Positions 60,910 to 61,605 of a DNA stretch of 61,605 nt are shown here, piece after piece. Below the pieces are notes generated by a model that had not been told where the DNA came from, did not search any database, and saw only the letters and a program-made list of their open reading frames with translations. Every line of letters starts with the position of its first letter. Positions within the stretch are counted from its first letter, which is position 1. Made by a program: the position numbers and the translations under genes. Source of the DNA: Candidatus Pacearchaeota archaeon (GTDB lineage: Archaea > Nanobdellota > Nanobdellia > Pacearchaeales > GW2011-AR1); the NCBI GenBank assembly GCA_018303785.1, contig JAGVXM010000001.1, forward strand, positions 1 to 61,605, read 5' to 3'.

Positions 60910-61455
60910 ATGAAAAAACTCATTATGTGGAACATGATCACTCTCGATGGTTATTTTGAGGGAGAGAAAAATTGGGATTTAAACTTTCACGAGCTGATTT
61001 GGGGCGAAGAGTTGGAACAAATATCAATTGAATTACTCAAATCAGCAGATATGTTGGTTTTTGGTTGTGTCACATACGAAGGTATGGCAAAACATTGGAT
61101 TGACGCCAAAGGCGAAATCGCCGATCATATGAATAGCATTCCAAAAGTGGTTTGCTCATCAACTATTAAGTCTACTAATTGGAAAAACACGATAATAGTA
61201 AGAGATGCAGTTGCTGAATTATCAAAATTAAAACAGGAAGGAACTGGAAATATATTCGTATTCGGAAGTGGAAAATTGTGTGATGTATTGATGAAAGCAA
61301 ATCTATTTGACGAATACCGGCTTGCAATCGTTCCTGTTTTTTTAGGCAAAGGAAGGCTCCTTTTCAATAAAGGATTAAATTATGAACCGCTCAAACTCTT
61401 AGAATCACGTCAGCTATCCACAGGAGGAGTTATCCTTAGGTACGCCAAAGGCTAA
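60910..61455 (+). CDS. Dihydrofolate-reductase-family (RibD C-terminal-like) protein
   Basis: MKKLIMWNMITLDGYFEG and IFVFGSGKLCDVLM are seen. The ORF-track GTG start is at 60901. Confidence 0.6.
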   Translation: MKKLIMWNMITLDGYFEGEKNWDLNFHELIWGEELEQISIELLKSADMLVFGCVTYEGMAKHWIDAKGEIADHMNSIPKVVCSSTIKSTNWKNTIIVRDAVAELSKLKQEGTGNIFVFGSGKLCDVLMKANLFDEYRLAIVPVFLGKGRLLFNKGLNYEPLKLLESRQLSTGGVILRYAKG

Positions 61456-61512
61456 AGCTGACATAACAAAAAATTTTCCTAACGTATATAAAGATAGATT
61501 TAAATTGTGACA

Positions 61513-61585
61513 TCCTCCTCGCCCTGAAGGGTTGCTCACTTCGTTCGCAACTTTTTGCCTGCGGGCAAAAAGCGAGGCGTCCTTA
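61513..61585 (+). ncRNA. Candidate structured RNA (class unknown), possibly truncated by the window edge
   Basis: It is a GC-rich island in AT-rich DNA with TATA TATATAAA (61485-61492) about 27 nt upstream. It holds a closing helix CCTCGC/GCGAGG (61517-22/61572-77), hairpin GTTGC-N11-GCAAC (61531-51) and hairpin TTTTTGCC-TGCG-GGCAAAAA (61552-71). Confidence 0.3.
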
Positions 61586-61605
61586 GTAATTTGAAGTTAT
61601 TCCGT

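Noticed and set aside
61517-61577. A hammerhead ribozyme or split-tRNA half as the identity of the three-helix element.
   Set aside because: The linker CCTGAAGG only loosely resembles CUGAUGA, and there is no GAAA between helices II and III. There is no T-loop (GTTCRAAT) or anticodon-arm arrangement either.

Overview
This is an AT-rich archaeal chromosome segment. The evidence is an archaeal-type 16S 5' end at the left edge, an archaeal initiator tRNA, TATA boxes about 29 nt upstream of start codons (leaderless geometry) and many small orphan ORFs. A DPANN-like reduced archaeon fits best, but the lineage is inference only.

Genes recognisable from the translations:
- uS2, PEP synthase, DEAD-box helicase, MgtE, family-4 UDG, TrpRS, enolase, Bcp peroxiredoxin and RNase HII
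- an SMC-family ATPase, an endonuclease-IV-like TIM barrel, a CPA2/Kef antiporter, an MFS transporter and an HtrA-like protease
- a RelE toxin-antitoxin pair, a DUF2157/GDYXXLXY pair, tRNA-Arg(GCG) and tRNA-iMet(CAT)

I recognised no CRISPR array, transposase, integrase or reverse transcriptase.

Most notable observations:
1. An SMC-headed ATPase has a Rad50-type CxxC zinc hook at its coiled-coil midpoint instead of a hinge.
2. Serial att-like copies of the tRNA-Arg 3' end delimit two integrase-less mini-islands.
3. Genes are decaying at a surprising rate (in-frame stops and frameshifts) behind intact promoters. One case is a TGA exactly at a conserved Trp of a YciE-like gene.
4. A surface receptor-like protein carries a catalytically degenerate class-III cyclase-like cytoplasmic domain.
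5. About 55-65-nt direct repeats bracket the DUF2157/GDYXXLXY module.
6. A Tat-signal mini-ORF is split from its probable mature domain at an A5 run.
7. Several tightly coupled orphan operons and a promoter-preceded GC-rich structured element lie in the window, the latter at the right edge.

All functional calls come from motif recognition by eye. No database search was run.
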